DNA of 48,181 nt from Rhizaria sp. SCN 62-66 (Eukaryota), in contig MEDY01000371.1 of NCBI GenBank assembly GCA_001724265.1, positions 1-48,181 of the forward strand, given 5' to 3'. Numbering within the stretch: the stretch's first letter is position 1; each line of letters starts with the position of its first letter. The position numbers were made by a program, and so were the translations under genes. This document shows positions 35,356-47,825 of the stretch, in pieces. The notes under the pieces are model-generated. The model ran no database searches, had not been told where the DNA came from, and saw nothing but the letters and a program-made list of their open reading frames with translations.

Positions 35356-38300
35356 TTACATGCTCTTGCTGTTCTGGACGAGATCGCTGTAGTCGATCTG
35401 GTACTCGCGCAGCAGCCGCTCCACGTGGCGCGCATCGAAGCCCTGCGCCAGCAGGTCCTTGGCGATGCGTTGATGGATAGCACGGCTCACGCCACGGCGC
35501 ACCTTGGCACCGGTCTGGCTGTACACGGCGGCGTCCTTGACGCGCTCCAGAGCGAGCGCGCCCGCGGGCACCTCGGCGGCCGTCTCGGCGGCGAAGGCGT
35601 CGGCCGCGAGGGTGTTGTTGCGCTCGACGATGCGCGAAACGAGCTCGGCGCGGGCGGGATTGTGGCGGCCCGCCTGCTGCTGCTGCAGCTGGCGGTGCTC
35701 AGCGAGCGCCACCTCGGCCTTGATTTGGTGCGGCTGCGCCAAGTGGCGGCGGAACACGTTGTGCTTGGCGAACGTCGCGTCCTGCGCGAACTGGTTCGGG
35801 CGCAGCGCGGAGGCAATGCGGTCCGTCACGTCGGCAGGCTCGGTGCGCGCGAAGCCAGCCAGACGCGCGTCGCGGGCGGCGCGGCGGGCGTCGGCGGCCG
35901 CGGCGCGCTCGGCGACCAAGCGCTGCGCGAAGAGCGCGGCGTCCGTCTCGGCGGCAGCCTCGGCGTCGGTGGCAGCGCGGCTGTAGATGACGTTGCCGTT
36001 GCTGCTGTCGTAGCTGTTGCTGATGTTGGCGGTGCTGTCGCCGTCCTCGTTGAAGCTGCTGGCGCCGCTGTTGGCGCTGGCGTTGCTGCGGGTGCGCGTG
36101 GCGATGCGGGCGTCAACGCCGGCGACGTAGCCGCGGAAGCCGGGTGCCGAGAGAGTCTCAGGGTAGGCGGCGGCGAAGTAAGGCAGCTTGCGGGGGTCGA
36201 AGAGGCGAGGGGACAGACCGTCGGGGACGGCGACACCCGTCTCGTTGCAGATCGAGACGTACTCCTGCATGAGCTCCATCTGCGCCAGGCGGATGCCGTG
36301 GTCCAGGACCGCGCCGCTCACCTCGCCGGCGGTCGCGCCGAAGCCCTGAGAAGTCAAGAGAAAGGAAGGAAGCAAGGGACGGGTGTGAGTGGTTTGTAAA
36401 GTGCGATAAAGTGAATAAGGTAAGCATACGTCGAAATACGATGGCACTCTTTAGATATCATAACGAATGAATATTCAGCGTATATGTCGCAGCAATTCCA
36501 AACAAGCGGTGTTGGCTCGAGATATATCAACGCGACAGTAAACTCGCCACTTGTTCAAGTTGGGATTTGTTGCTGCTTGCTACCGCATTGCTATCGTTTA
36601 GCTTTGCGTTTGCGTTTGCGTTTGCGTATAGTGTGCATGAGTTGTAGAGATAAATAGACGTACGTGAGCGAGGCCGGTGTAGGTGTTGGTGGAGACCTTG
36701 GTGGGGACGTCGGTCGCGCCGAGCCGGAAGGGCGCCTCGGTGCTGCTGGTGGGGCCGAACGCGGGGCCGCGCTCCCGAGTCAGCAGCGTGTGCGACAGCG
36801 ACTTCGCAGCCGGGTCCGCGGCGGCCTTGGCCACGGCGGCGTAGGCCAGCGCGGCCTCGGCGGCGGCGCTGGCCAGCACGGCGCGGGGCGCGGCAGCCAG
36901 AGTTGCGGCGGCTGCGGCAGAGGCGGCAGCGGCCGAGGAGGACTTGGAGGCGACGGAGGCGATCGAGTCGGGGTTGAGGGCGACGCCGCCCAGCGAGGAG
37001 GCCGTCAGGGCCGGGATCGGGGGCATCTTGGTCAGACTGCGGGGGGATGGAGCAACAAAATAGTGAATAGCAGAAGGGATATATGTGAGTTATGTGAGTA
37101 TAGAAGAATACAATTAGATATAACATAGCATGCACAATGCAAAACGAGAGATTCAGTAGCATGAATTTCAATCTCAGCGAGATATGTCCCCAAACAAAGA
37201 TAATCTCTGATGAGAGGGACTTCAGCGTCTCCTCTGTTGATTTTCTGTTGACTGTGGTGGAGAAACGTACCGGTGGAGGGCAAACATGGCGTCGCCGCGC
37301 GCGGCGTGGTTGACGTCGTCCACGAGGTGGTCGTCACTGCGCACGTCGGTGCTCTTGTCGCCGGCCTTGAGAGACTCGGTGTACTGGGCCAGCAGCTCGT
37401 CGGTGAACGGCACGGGCTCCCCAGTCTCCGCGGACAGCAGCACGGGCTGCGCCACGGAAGCGCGCTCGTGGGGCGAGGCGGGCAGCGCGGCGTCGACGGC
37501 CAGCACGCGGGCGCGCAGACCGGCAACGATGGCGGCCTAAGCGGGGCAGCGGGGAATTATGGAGAGAAAGTAACAGGGGGCAAGGTAGCAGAGAAAAGTA
37601 AAGAGATTGTGTGAGAATTAATTTTTTTAAAAAAGAAGAAAATCGATCAAAAACAATAAACTTTGTTATTTAGAAGCATCTGCAATATAAATACGTTAAA
37701 TTTACGTCAAAAAACAAGTCCTCTGTCGAGAAATATCCTCTTCAAATGCAGAAGAGTTCTCACATACCTGAGTGCGCTGGCGGACGACGGCAGCGGCGGC
37801 GGCGGCGTCGCCGTTGGCCGCGCTCTTGAGCGCATCGGCGGCCTCGGCGGGGGTGTAGGACGCAAAGGTCGCGTCGGGCGTGTTGGCGCGCGCAACCGAG
37901 GGCACGGAGATGCCGGACGCGGCGGCGATGATGGCGTCGACCTCGACGGCCGACTTGGCCTGCGCGATGAGGCGCAGCGTCTCAGGGGCCAGCACCGGGG
38001 TCACACTGTCGTAGCTGCGCAGGTGCGCCGCCAGGGCCTCGAAGGGCGTCTTGGCGTCGGCGGGGAGTTCGGCCGAGAGGGCCGCGCTCTTGACGCGCAG
38101 CTCGTGCTCGCCCATCATGCGCTTCTCCGTCTGGTAAAAGGCCTGTGGGGATCAAGCAATCAAACGCAAGCAAAAACAAGCAAGAGAAATTCGTGTGTGA
38201 GAAAGTATAGGTAATATTTAGATGGAAACATGAGTTGTTAATACTATCGTTAAATTATAGATTTAATGACGATGATTCTGGCGAGATATAGCAACTGCAA

Positions 38301-38986
38301 AAAGCCAGGAAGAGGCCGGGGAGAAGCAGAGAACGACGTACATGGATGACCTCCTCCGAGGGGTCATAGGTGCCAAAGAGGCGCTTGTTCCAGGTGAGGT
38401 TATCCTGCATGGACGAGAACGTGGGGTGGATCGCGAGCGCCTCGGAGATGCGGGCCTCGATCGTGCGCTTGCGCGCGCGGCGGCGGCGGCGGGCCACCTC
38501 GCGCTGGCGCTGCTGGGTCGGCTTCATGTGGTACGCATGGGTGCCGAAGACGGGGTGGCGGTAGTCGACGTCGCGGTCGTACTGAACGCCGCGGACACGG
38601 TGGTGCTTGTCCATGGCCATGTCCTCGCTGAGCTGCGTCGCCTGGCCCAGGTCGTCGATGTACAGCGGCAGGAGCTCGCTCGGCGTGAAGCGGTACTGCA
38701 AGTGCGGGTCGAAGGTCAGGTTCACCTGCTCCTCGGGCTCACGCGCCTCAGGGTTCAGGCCCTTTAGCGAGATCTCCGTCGCGTCGTCGTGCGCATCGCG
38801 CGAGGCGCCCGCGTAGGGCAGCTTGAACGGCTTGCGCGGAGTGCGGATAGGGATCGTGTAGTGGCGATGAGGCACAGTGGCAACAGAGCCAGCAGTCACA
38901 GCGGTCGCAGCGGCAGCGACGCTGGCGCCGGTGCAGGCTGCCAGAGAGGCCGTCAGGCGACGGGAGAGGGCACCACCACCGAACAT
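35356..38986 (-). CDS. 882-aa probable mitochondrial protein with ribosomal bS21-like motif; exons 38986-38342, 38142-37768, 37536-37271, 37036-36664, 36345-35356
   Basis: Four GT-AG introns keep frame. Presequence-like start MFGGGALSRRLTASLAAC. YHMKPTQQRQREVARRRRRARKR resembles the bS21 (Y/F)xKPxxxRxR basic helix. The gene model is firm; the family call is tentative. Confidence 0.6.
36603..36626. repeat. (TTTGCG)4 intronic microsatellite
   Basis: Directly visible in intron 4 of the 35356-38986 gene, the longest coding-region intron in the window (318 nt). Confidence 0.9.
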
Positions 38987-40252
38987 GGGCTGAGGTGTTG
39001 CTCTCTGGGATTGAAGGGTCACAACAACAGCAGCAAGGGGAGAGGTTGAGAAAGCGCAGAGGTTGAGTTGGGGTTTGTTTAGGAGAGAAAACAGAGGGGA
39101 GGAAGAGTGCGGGGAAAGACGGGGAAGATGTTGATGAGAAATAAGTTTAATGACAGTGATGTGATGCATGTGCAGAAAAAGAACAATGAGAGGGTGGAGC
39201 GTTGCGAGGAGCGGAAGTCGGGCGAGGACGTTGGGCTCACACACACCACACCGCGGGGCCGAATGGAGCGCATAGCAGCCTATGTCCATCGGCTCTGAAA
39301 TCCGCAATAGCACAATTAAGTAGAAAACTACGTGTAAATCTCATGGCTATAATAAAATCACTAAACAACGGGGCCCCGTCTCTCTGCGCGCATCGCCCCA
39401 TCCGCCCTCAGGGCCAGCCCAGTCCCGCTCGCTCTCGGTCCTCCGTCTCGGTCTGGCTTCCAGCAGTCTGACCGGGGGCAAAGTTTAGCCGCGATGATCG
39501 GTCGAACTGGCAGAGCCAGTCGGTCCGATCCGTTCGGTCCAGACCGACTAGACAAAGAGCAAAGAGCAAAAGCTAGACTGTGGACGGGTAGGGAAGTGAA
39601 GCTTCGGGAGCGATATCGGTGATATCGGAGAATGAGAATATTATGGAAAGAAAGAAAAGAGAGCGATCTATCTTAATTTATTTTCGAAAAGCTATACGTG
39701 TGGCTGCATTGCTGCGTTCAACCCTTGCAAGAATTCAAATCTGCCCGCCCCGCAGTGCGCCCGCGCCTAACTCCCCGCGCCGCCCCTGCCCTACAACGCG
39801 CGCCGCTGCATTAATACCCTCCACCACCCGCCGGATAGCTGTCTTGTGTATCTATGATCGCCACTCGCACTGTGGTGGCGGGCTATTAGCAGGCGAGCCG
39901 AGCGCGCACGGGTGTCATTGTTGGCGGATTACCAGCGCTCTCGCACGTTGGCAGCCTCCACAACAATCCATTGCCATGCTTTCCCCTGCCTCCGCGCCAC
40001 CGTCTACGTACCTCACGCGCATCTCACACCATTTTTTGCTCCTCTTTATTTCACTTTTGTTTCTTCTTGCGCTCTATACAGACCGTTGGCACCCGCCTTT
40101 GGTCGCCCCCTTTCCCCACCCCACCCCCGCAAGCCACTTCGCTTGCTTTCGCACCCTCCTCGCGCCCCCACCTCCCTTTCTTCTCTCTCGCGCGCGTCCA
40201 CCTTCACCCGCCCCGCCTCTTCCGCGCCTCCGCGCCCGTTTCCCCGCCCCGG
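38987..40252. promoter_or_regulatory. Divergent (head-to-head) intergenic/5'UTR region between the mitochondrial gene and RPB1
   Basis: Lies between two outward-facing start codons; contains six TCGGTC/GACCGA hexamers at 39435-39547. Confidence 0.6.
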
Positions 40253-43200
40253 ATGAACCCGCGCGAAGTCCCTGTCACGCTGGACCAGTCCCGCATCCAC
40301 GTCTCGCGCGCGGACCGCGTCCAGTTCGGTGTCCTCGCACCAGAGAAACTCGTACGTTTACGACGAGATGTACCACTACATCCCACAAACAAAACCTTCT
40401 CTATACGTTCTATAGATTTATTGTGCTCTGGTGTGTCATGATCACCTTATATCTTCGCGTTTCCGCTCTGTGCTACTCCAAACGCTCACGCCTCCCCCCA
40501 CTCTACTCTCTCTTGCTTGCTGCTGTGCTATATGATCTATCTTCTTGTTTCCCTTGCTTTTATGCACCGCAGGCGCGTTACTCCGTGTGCAAGGTGAGCG
40601 AGACGACGAGCTACGATGCCAACGGCGTGCCCATCCACAACGGCCTGATGGACGCTCGCATGGGCACCACCGACTACAGTATGAAGTGCAGCACGTGCGA
40701 CCTCGACAAGGACAACTGCCCTGGCCACTTTGGCCACATCGAGCTCGCCGCGCCCGTGCTCCACACCGGCTTCCTCTCGATCATCTACAACGTGCTGCGG
40801 TGCGTTTGTTTCCACTGCTCCAAGCTCCTCGTCTCGGAGAACTGTGCCCGCGGCAAGGGCCTCGCGCGGTACGTCAGCGAAACGACAGATATCTACATGA
40901 TATCGCGCTACATACGCTTTATTGTTTGCCATTCGAGTATAATCATCATTGATTTAGTGTTATTATTGAAGATTACACCGCTATATGGGGAGATGTGATA
41001 TCAAATCAAACACTTGTATCTCACGTTTGTTTGTTCTCTGGTGCTTTCTTTCCTTTCTACGGCGGATACGATCGATCCCAAATAGCCTGCGCAACATGCC
41101 CGCCGGGCGCCGCCGCCTCGACCTGTGCCTTGAGCTCTGCAACGGCGTGCCGCGCTGCCCCGCGTCCTCGGTCGTCGACAACGCCGCGATCCTGGGCGAG
41201 TCGGTCGGCCTTGCCCACGGCGGCTGTGGCCGCCTTCAGGTGCGTCCCCCTGCTCCAATTACGCAACTTTGAGAGAGCTTTTGACCGCATAGATAACATC
41301 TCTTTGTTGCATATTTCCACTGAAATCTATATTTTCACGTTTCTCTATGTCCATCGTTTTGTTTGATGTAAGATCTAACCAGTTCACTCACTTTGCTTCT
41401 TTTTCTCTTTCATCGCGCACTGCACTGCATGGCATTACGTACAGCCCAAGTACTCTCGCTCGGGCCTGACCATTACCCGCGAGTTCAAGATCACCAAGGA
41501 GGAGGACGAGGCGACCTGGGACCGCTCCATCGAGCTCAAAAAGGACATGACCGCGAGTGAGATCCTCGACATCATCACCCGCATCCCGCCCGACCACACG
41601 CGCGCGCTGGGCTTTGACGGCGTTTTCACCAACCCGGCCTGGTTCATCCTCACCGTCCTGCCCGTCTCGCCGCCCGCCGTGCGCCCCTCCGTGTCCTTCG
41701 GCGGCGCGGCGCGGTCGGCCGATGACCTCACTGCGATGCTGCTCGACGTGCTCAAGGCCAACAAGGCCGTCGCCGAGGCCAAGAAGGCCGGTGCTTCGGG
41801 CGTCGCGCTCGAAGACAAGCTGCGCCAACTCACGCTGAGCTGCAACTACATCTTCAACAACGAGCTCTCGGTGGGCCAGGGCAAGACCAAGGGCGGCAAG
41901 CCCTACAAGTCGCTGCGCCAGCGCATCGTCGGCAAGGGCGGCCGCATCCGCTCCAACATTATGGGCAAGCGCGTCAACTTCTGCGCGCGTACCGTCATCA
42001 CGGGCGACCCCAACCTGGGCGTCGACTTCGTCGGCGTGCCCCGGTCCGTGGCGCGCACGCTGACGTACCCCGAGGTGGTGACGCCGTTCAACAAGGAGAA
42101 ACTGCGCCTGCTCGTCACCAACGGGCCCAACACGTATCCTGGCGCCACCACGGTCACCCAGGCGGACGGCATCGTCATCCACCTCGCTATGCGCCGCTCT
42201 TTAGAGATCACCATCCAGGAGGTAAGTCCTTCAGCTGTCATACCAGATTATATTTCACACGCATATACTCTTATTACGTTTATTTTTAGTTTGATGCTTG
42301 CTTAGTTTGTGTTGTATCAACACAGCACTATCTCGTCCTCTTGGCTCACACATCTTCTACTTTCATCTTCTTTCTCACTCCCATTGACTGCGGTTGCGCT
42401 CAACAGGGTGACATTGTGGAGCGCCACATCCAGGACGGCGACTACGTTCTGTTCAACCGCCAGCCGTCACTGCATAAGATGTCTCTGATGTCCCATAAGG
42501 CCAAGATCATGCCTCACTCGTCGTTCCGCCTCAACCTGTCGTGCACGTCGCCGTACAACGCCGACTTCGACGGCGACGAAATGAACCTGCACGTGTGCCA
42601 GACGCCGCTGACGCGCGCCGAGGCGTGCGAGCTGATGCTAGTGCCGCGGCAGATCGTGTCACCGCAGTCGTCGAAGCCTGTCATGTCGATCGTGCAGGAC
42701 TCGCTGCTGGGCGTGTCCAAGTTCACGCGCCGCGACACGTTCCTCTCGCGCGCGCTGGCCGCCAACCTGCTCATGTGCATCGACAACTGGAACGGCGCTG
42801 TCCCGATCCCGGCCATCCTCAAGCCCGCGCCGCTGTGGACCGGCAAGCAGCTCTTCTCGCTGATTACGCCGCCGCTCAACATCACGCGCCAGTCCAACAA
42901 CCACCCCGACGGGCAGCGCAGCGAGATTTCTCCCACGGACACCCAGGTAGGTTAGCTTTAAAACAAGGGAATGCTCTTGCTTTTCACTTTATAGCGTATT
43001 TCTCTTCTGAACTGCAGTAATGTGGTCTAAAGTGCATGCGTATGGGTAAGATTTATTTTACAGTTATTTAGTGAAATCTAGTAATATTTTCTTATCCAAC
43101 TTTGCGTTATATCTCTCCCTTTGTATTCAATGCCGATAGGTTCTGATCCTCGGCGGCGAGCTCATCATGGGCATCGTCGACGCCAAGACGGTCGGCAAGC

Positions 43201-46200
43201 AGGCGGGCACGCTGATCCACCTCATCTGGGTCGAAGTGGGGCCTGACGCGACCCGCGCGTTCCTGACCGACTGCCAGAAGCTCGTCAACAACTGGCTCGT
43301 CGTCCACTCGTTCTCTGTCGGCATCGACGATCTGGTTGTCGACAGCGGTACTCTCGGCAAGGTCGACAAGATTATCGAGACCGCACGCGGACAGGTACGC
43401 CTTTATATCTCATTCCGGAACAAAGGCTGGTTTATTACGACTATTTGTCTTGCTTCCGCGTTGGCTTCATACGAGCAAAAATGAACTTCACTCACCAAAC
43501 TTGTTTAAACTTTGCGCGCACTCGTTTGGCTTTATATTTTTAGGTCGAGGGCTCGATCGACGAGGCTCGCTCGGGCCGCATGCAGCGCAAGCCTGGTCAG
43601 AGCATCATCAGCACGTTCGAGCAAGTCGTCAACTCGCTGGCCAACACGCTGATTAAGCAGTCCGGTTCGGCCGTGCAGTCTGCTCTGGCGCGCGACAACG
43701 CCATCAACGCCATGGTCCACGCTGGCTCCAAGGGCTCGAACCTCAACATCTCCCAGATCACGGCGTGCGTCGGTCAGCAGAACGTGTCTGGCGCCCGCAT
43801 CCCCTTCTCGTACCGCCGCCGCTCGCTGCCGCACTTCCACAAGGAGGACGTCGGCCTCGCGGCGCGCGGCTTCGTGTCCCGCAGCTACATGGAGGGACTC
43901 ACCGCGCAGGAGTTTTACTTCCACGCTATGGGTGGCCGCGAAGGGCTCGTCGACACGGCCGTCAAGACGGCCGAGACGGGCTACATCCAGCGTCGCCTCG
44001 TCAAGGCCATGGAGGACGTGCGCGTGCACTACGACGCGACGGTGCGCAACTCGCTGGGCGACATTGTGCAGTTCGTGTATGGCGAGGACGGCATGGACGG
44101 CTGCTTCATCGAGAAGCAGACCCTCGACTCCGTCGCCATGGATAACACCAAGTTCGACGACACGTACCGTTTCGATCTCACCAAGACCGCGCTGCTCAAC
44201 GCCTGGCTGACTCCCGCCGCGAAGCAGGAGCTCATGTCGGACCCGTCTGCGCAGACGACGCTGAACCTCGAGCTCGCGCAGATCGCTAATGACCGCGAGA
44301 CCCTGCGCAACTCGCCTGGCACGCTCAAGGTTGGCGCCAGTGATGTGTACTTGCCCGTTAACCTGGCCCGCCTCATCTGGACCGCGCAGCGCCGCTTCGA
44401 CATCAAGGTCGGCGGCGGCATCAACAAGCCCGGCATGCGGCTTAACTTGGTCGCCAAGGGCGGCGACAACGGCCCCGCGTCGGACCTTGTCCCCACCGAG
44501 GTCGTCAAGCGTGTGCGCCAGCTCTCCGAGGAGCTCGTCGTCATCGTCGGCAACGACCGGTTGTCGGTGGAAGCGCAAGAGAACGCAACCATGCTCTTTA
44601 AGGTGATGCTGCGGCAGGCGCTTGCGTCGAAGCGCGTGCTGGGCGAGTACCGGCTCAACTCGCGCGCGTTTGACTACGTGCTGGGCGAGATCAAGACGCG
44701 CTTCCGCCAGGCGCTTGTGCACCCCGGAGAGATGGTCGGCGCCATCGCGGCACAGTCCATGGGTGAGCCTGCCACGCAGATGACCCTTAACACGTTCCAC
44801 ATGGCCGGTCACTCCGCCAAGAACGTCACGCAGGTACGCATATTCACTTGTGACACAAGCATGAATGAGTATAATTTAATTGATTTTGAGCCTTCCTTTA
44901 TGGCGTTTTTCTTTTATTTAAATTTTGGTTTGAAATTTTGGTTTGAGTTGGGTTTGTCTTGCGTGGATTATATTCCTTGATATACTCAAATGAATCTAAA
45001 GCTTAACAAGAGCTTGTCTAGCACGACAATGCACATGTTCATAATCTATGTATTCACAATTAATTTGTATATTTGCTCTATTTTGCGTTAATATCACTCC
45101 GTCCACAGGGTGTGCCGCGTCTGAAGGAAATCATCAACGTCGCAACGACGGTTAAGATGTCCGGTATGACTGTCTGGCTCACCCCCGAGTACTCGCAGAA
45201 TGAGGCGCGCGCCAATGAGCTCGTGAACCGCTTCGAGAGCACGCGCATCGTTGACCTGGCGCAGAGCGTCGAGATCCACTACGACCCCGACGTGCGCAAC
45301 TGCGTCGTCGATGAGGACGCACGTATCATCTCGACCTTCTGGCTCACCGAAGAAGACCGGCTCAACGCCGAGGCGTACTCGCCGTGGCTGCTGCGCATCG
45401 TGCTGTCGCACACGGCGATGGCGGCGAAGCAGTTCACCGTCGAGCAGGTCGCCCGCATCCTCGAGCGCATGGTCCCCCAGAACCCCACCGACCAGGTACG
45501 GCCGTCTACCACACAAAAAGCTCTCGCTTAAGACACTAATATCTATGATTCTAGCTGGATTATTATTATTACTATTCTCTCTTGTTTTTATTTGGTGTTG
45601 TTTTTTTTCTCACCCCAACAACATCTATTGCTCTATGCTACTATCTATTGTTTCTTATTCTTCTTCAGGTCCGCATCCTGGTGATCCCGCTCTCGGAAGG
45701 TGACGCGCGCATGGCGCTGCACATCCGCTTCCCTCTGCAGTCGGCCAACGCGAGCAGCTCGACGCTGCACGAGGCGGCGGCGGACGAGGACGATGACAGC
45801 GATAACACGGACATGGTCTTTGCCCACGGCATGCAGGAGTTGATCGTCAACAACATCAAGCTGTGCGGCATCGACAGCATCACTAAGATCTTCGTGTCTA
45901 AGGAGAAGGTGCCACACTACGACCCTGTGACGGGCTCGCTGGTCAAGAGCGACGACACCGAAGTGCGCTACCTGGAGACGGAAGGCAGCAACCTCCGCGC
46001 GGTCATGACTTACCCCGAGGTCAACGCCTCGCTGTGCTACTCCAACTTCACGCCCGAGATCTTCGACGTGCTGGGCATCGAGGCCGCACGCGCCGCGCTG
46101 CTCAAGGAAATGCGTTCCGTCATCGAAGCCGATGGTTCGTACATCAGCTATCGCCACCTGGCGATGCTCGTGGATGTGATGACCTTCCGCGGTGGCCTCA

Positions 46201-47222
46201 TGTCGATCACGCGCAACGGCTTCAACCGCATCGAGACGGGCCCGCTGATGCGTTCGTCGTTCGAGCAGTCGGTCGAGATCCTCTTCGTCGCCGCCGCCTT
46301 CGCCGAGACCGACTACCTGCGCGGCGTCTCGGAGCGCATCACGATGGGCCAACTCGCCAACCTCGGCACGGGTTGCTTCGACGTGCTCCTCGACCGCGAA
46401 CGCATCCGCGACGCCGTCGACATGAAGGTCTTCGAGAACAACGTCTTCGCCGCTTCGGGCAACGCCGCCGCCGCGGGCGCGGGCGTCGAGGCCTCAGCCT
46501 GGGCCTACTCGCCGCAGCGTAATGACAACGACTTCGACGCTGACCGCGGCTTCGGTGATATGTCGTTCTCGCCTGCCTACATTAGCGCCGGCGCGACCCC
46601 CGGGTACGGGCTGGGCGGACCCATGTCGCCCAGCTACAGCGCCACGTCGCCGTCGTACCGGCCCGGTGGCGTTGGGTCCGCGCGCGCGCACTCGAGCTCG
46701 TACTCGCCGACCAGCCCGAGCTACAGCCCCACGTCGCCGTCATACTCGCCGACCAGCCCGAGCTACAGCCCGACGTCGCCGAGCTACTCCCCCACGAGTC
46801 CTAGCTACTCCCCCACGAGCCCGAGCTACTCGCCGACCTCGCCGAGCTACTCCCCCACGTCCCCGTCGTACTCCCCGACGTCGCCGAGCTACTCCCCGAC
46901 GAGTCCCAGCTACTCCCCCACGTCGCCGAGCTACTCGCCTACCAGCCCAAGCTACTCGCCGACGAGTCCCAGCTACTCCCCCACCTCGCCGTCCTATAGT
47001 CCGACCAGCCCGAGCTACTCACCCACGTCGCCGTCCTACTCCCCGACCAGCCCCAGCTACTCACCCACCAGTCCGAGCTACTCCCCGACCAGCCCCAGCT
47101 ACTCGCCGACGAGTCCCAGCTACAGCCCCGCCGGCGCTGGCGCCCAGGGGCAGGGGCAGCAGCCGCCGGGTGGCAGTCCCAGCTACAGCCCGACGAGCCC
47201 GAGCTACGACCCGGCGCAGTAA
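40253..47222 (+). CDS. RPB1: DNA-directed RNA polymerase II largest subunit, 1783 aa; exons 40253-40351, 40573-40868, 41086-41239, 41445-42221, 42407-42946, 43140-43394, 43544-44833, 45109-45495, 45669-47222
   Basis: [18 protein letters not shown], catalytic [11 protein letters not shown], bridge helix [23 protein letters not shown], trigger loop [23 protein letters not shown] and a YSPTSPS CTD. Eight GT-AG introns keep frame. Confidence 0.99.
46701..47120 (+). repeat. RPB1 CTD: 20 tandem perfect YSPTSPS heptads (21-bp unit, synonymous variation)
   Basis: 420 nt / 21 = 20 units; one further heptad follows a Gly/Gln-rich spacer. Confidence 0.97.
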
Positions 47223-47820
47223 CTAAGGACCCGTGGCGCGGCTAAGTACGCGTGGGGTAAGTACCCGTAACTAAGTACATGTGCGACGAGCGAGTGTTTA
47301 AGCCACAGGATACTGGTAGTAAGTCGCTGCAACGTCACAACAACGTTCGTAGGCAAAATTATGAGAGCTGTGGTGGCGTTTTGGGGTATATCGTTGAGTT
47401 AAATAACGAAGCCACGTGTTTTTCGTAATGTATTCTCAGCTCTGAGGATTCATCATCGTCATCATCATCATCATCAGCAGCAGCAGCAGCGAAACGATGA
47501 GATCAAACAGCTGCAGCAATCCGTTTTTAACATAGTACGACGTTCGTATTTCTCATGGTGTTTGTTAGTGTTTTACATTGTTCCTTTTTTCTGTCGCTCC
47601 AATAGTCTTTTAAAACAAAACACAACTAGAAGAAAACAATTTTACCAAAAACAACAAATCACACACAAAATATCAATAGCAACAACACAATACGATGTAA
47701 AAGTTAGTTTTAGTTTCAGATTGGATGGGAGGTGAGTTGGTTTAGTTGGAGAGGGAAGCAAGAATCGTGCAATGCTTCTGCTATGACCGGAGTAAGGGGA
47801 AGGGGAAGGGGGGGGGAAGG

Positions 47821-47825
47821 NNNNN
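47821..47825. other. Assembly gap (5 N) inside a G-rich run
   Basis: Directly visible. Confidence 0.99.

Noticed and set aside
39619-40252. Apparent long N-terminal extension of RPB1 in ORF 39619..40998
   Set aside because: The true first exon (MNPREV...[12 protein letters not shown]) is in another frame from 40253; the track ORF runs through UTR and intron by chance.
9706-45668. Introns as copies of an introner-type mobile element
   Set aside because: No shared internal sequence or terminal inverted repeats were seen between introns, and lengths vary from 107 to 318 nt.
46701-47120. Regular 21-bp repeat array as a possible CRISPR or minisatellite
   Set aside because: No spacers; it encodes the Pol II CTD.
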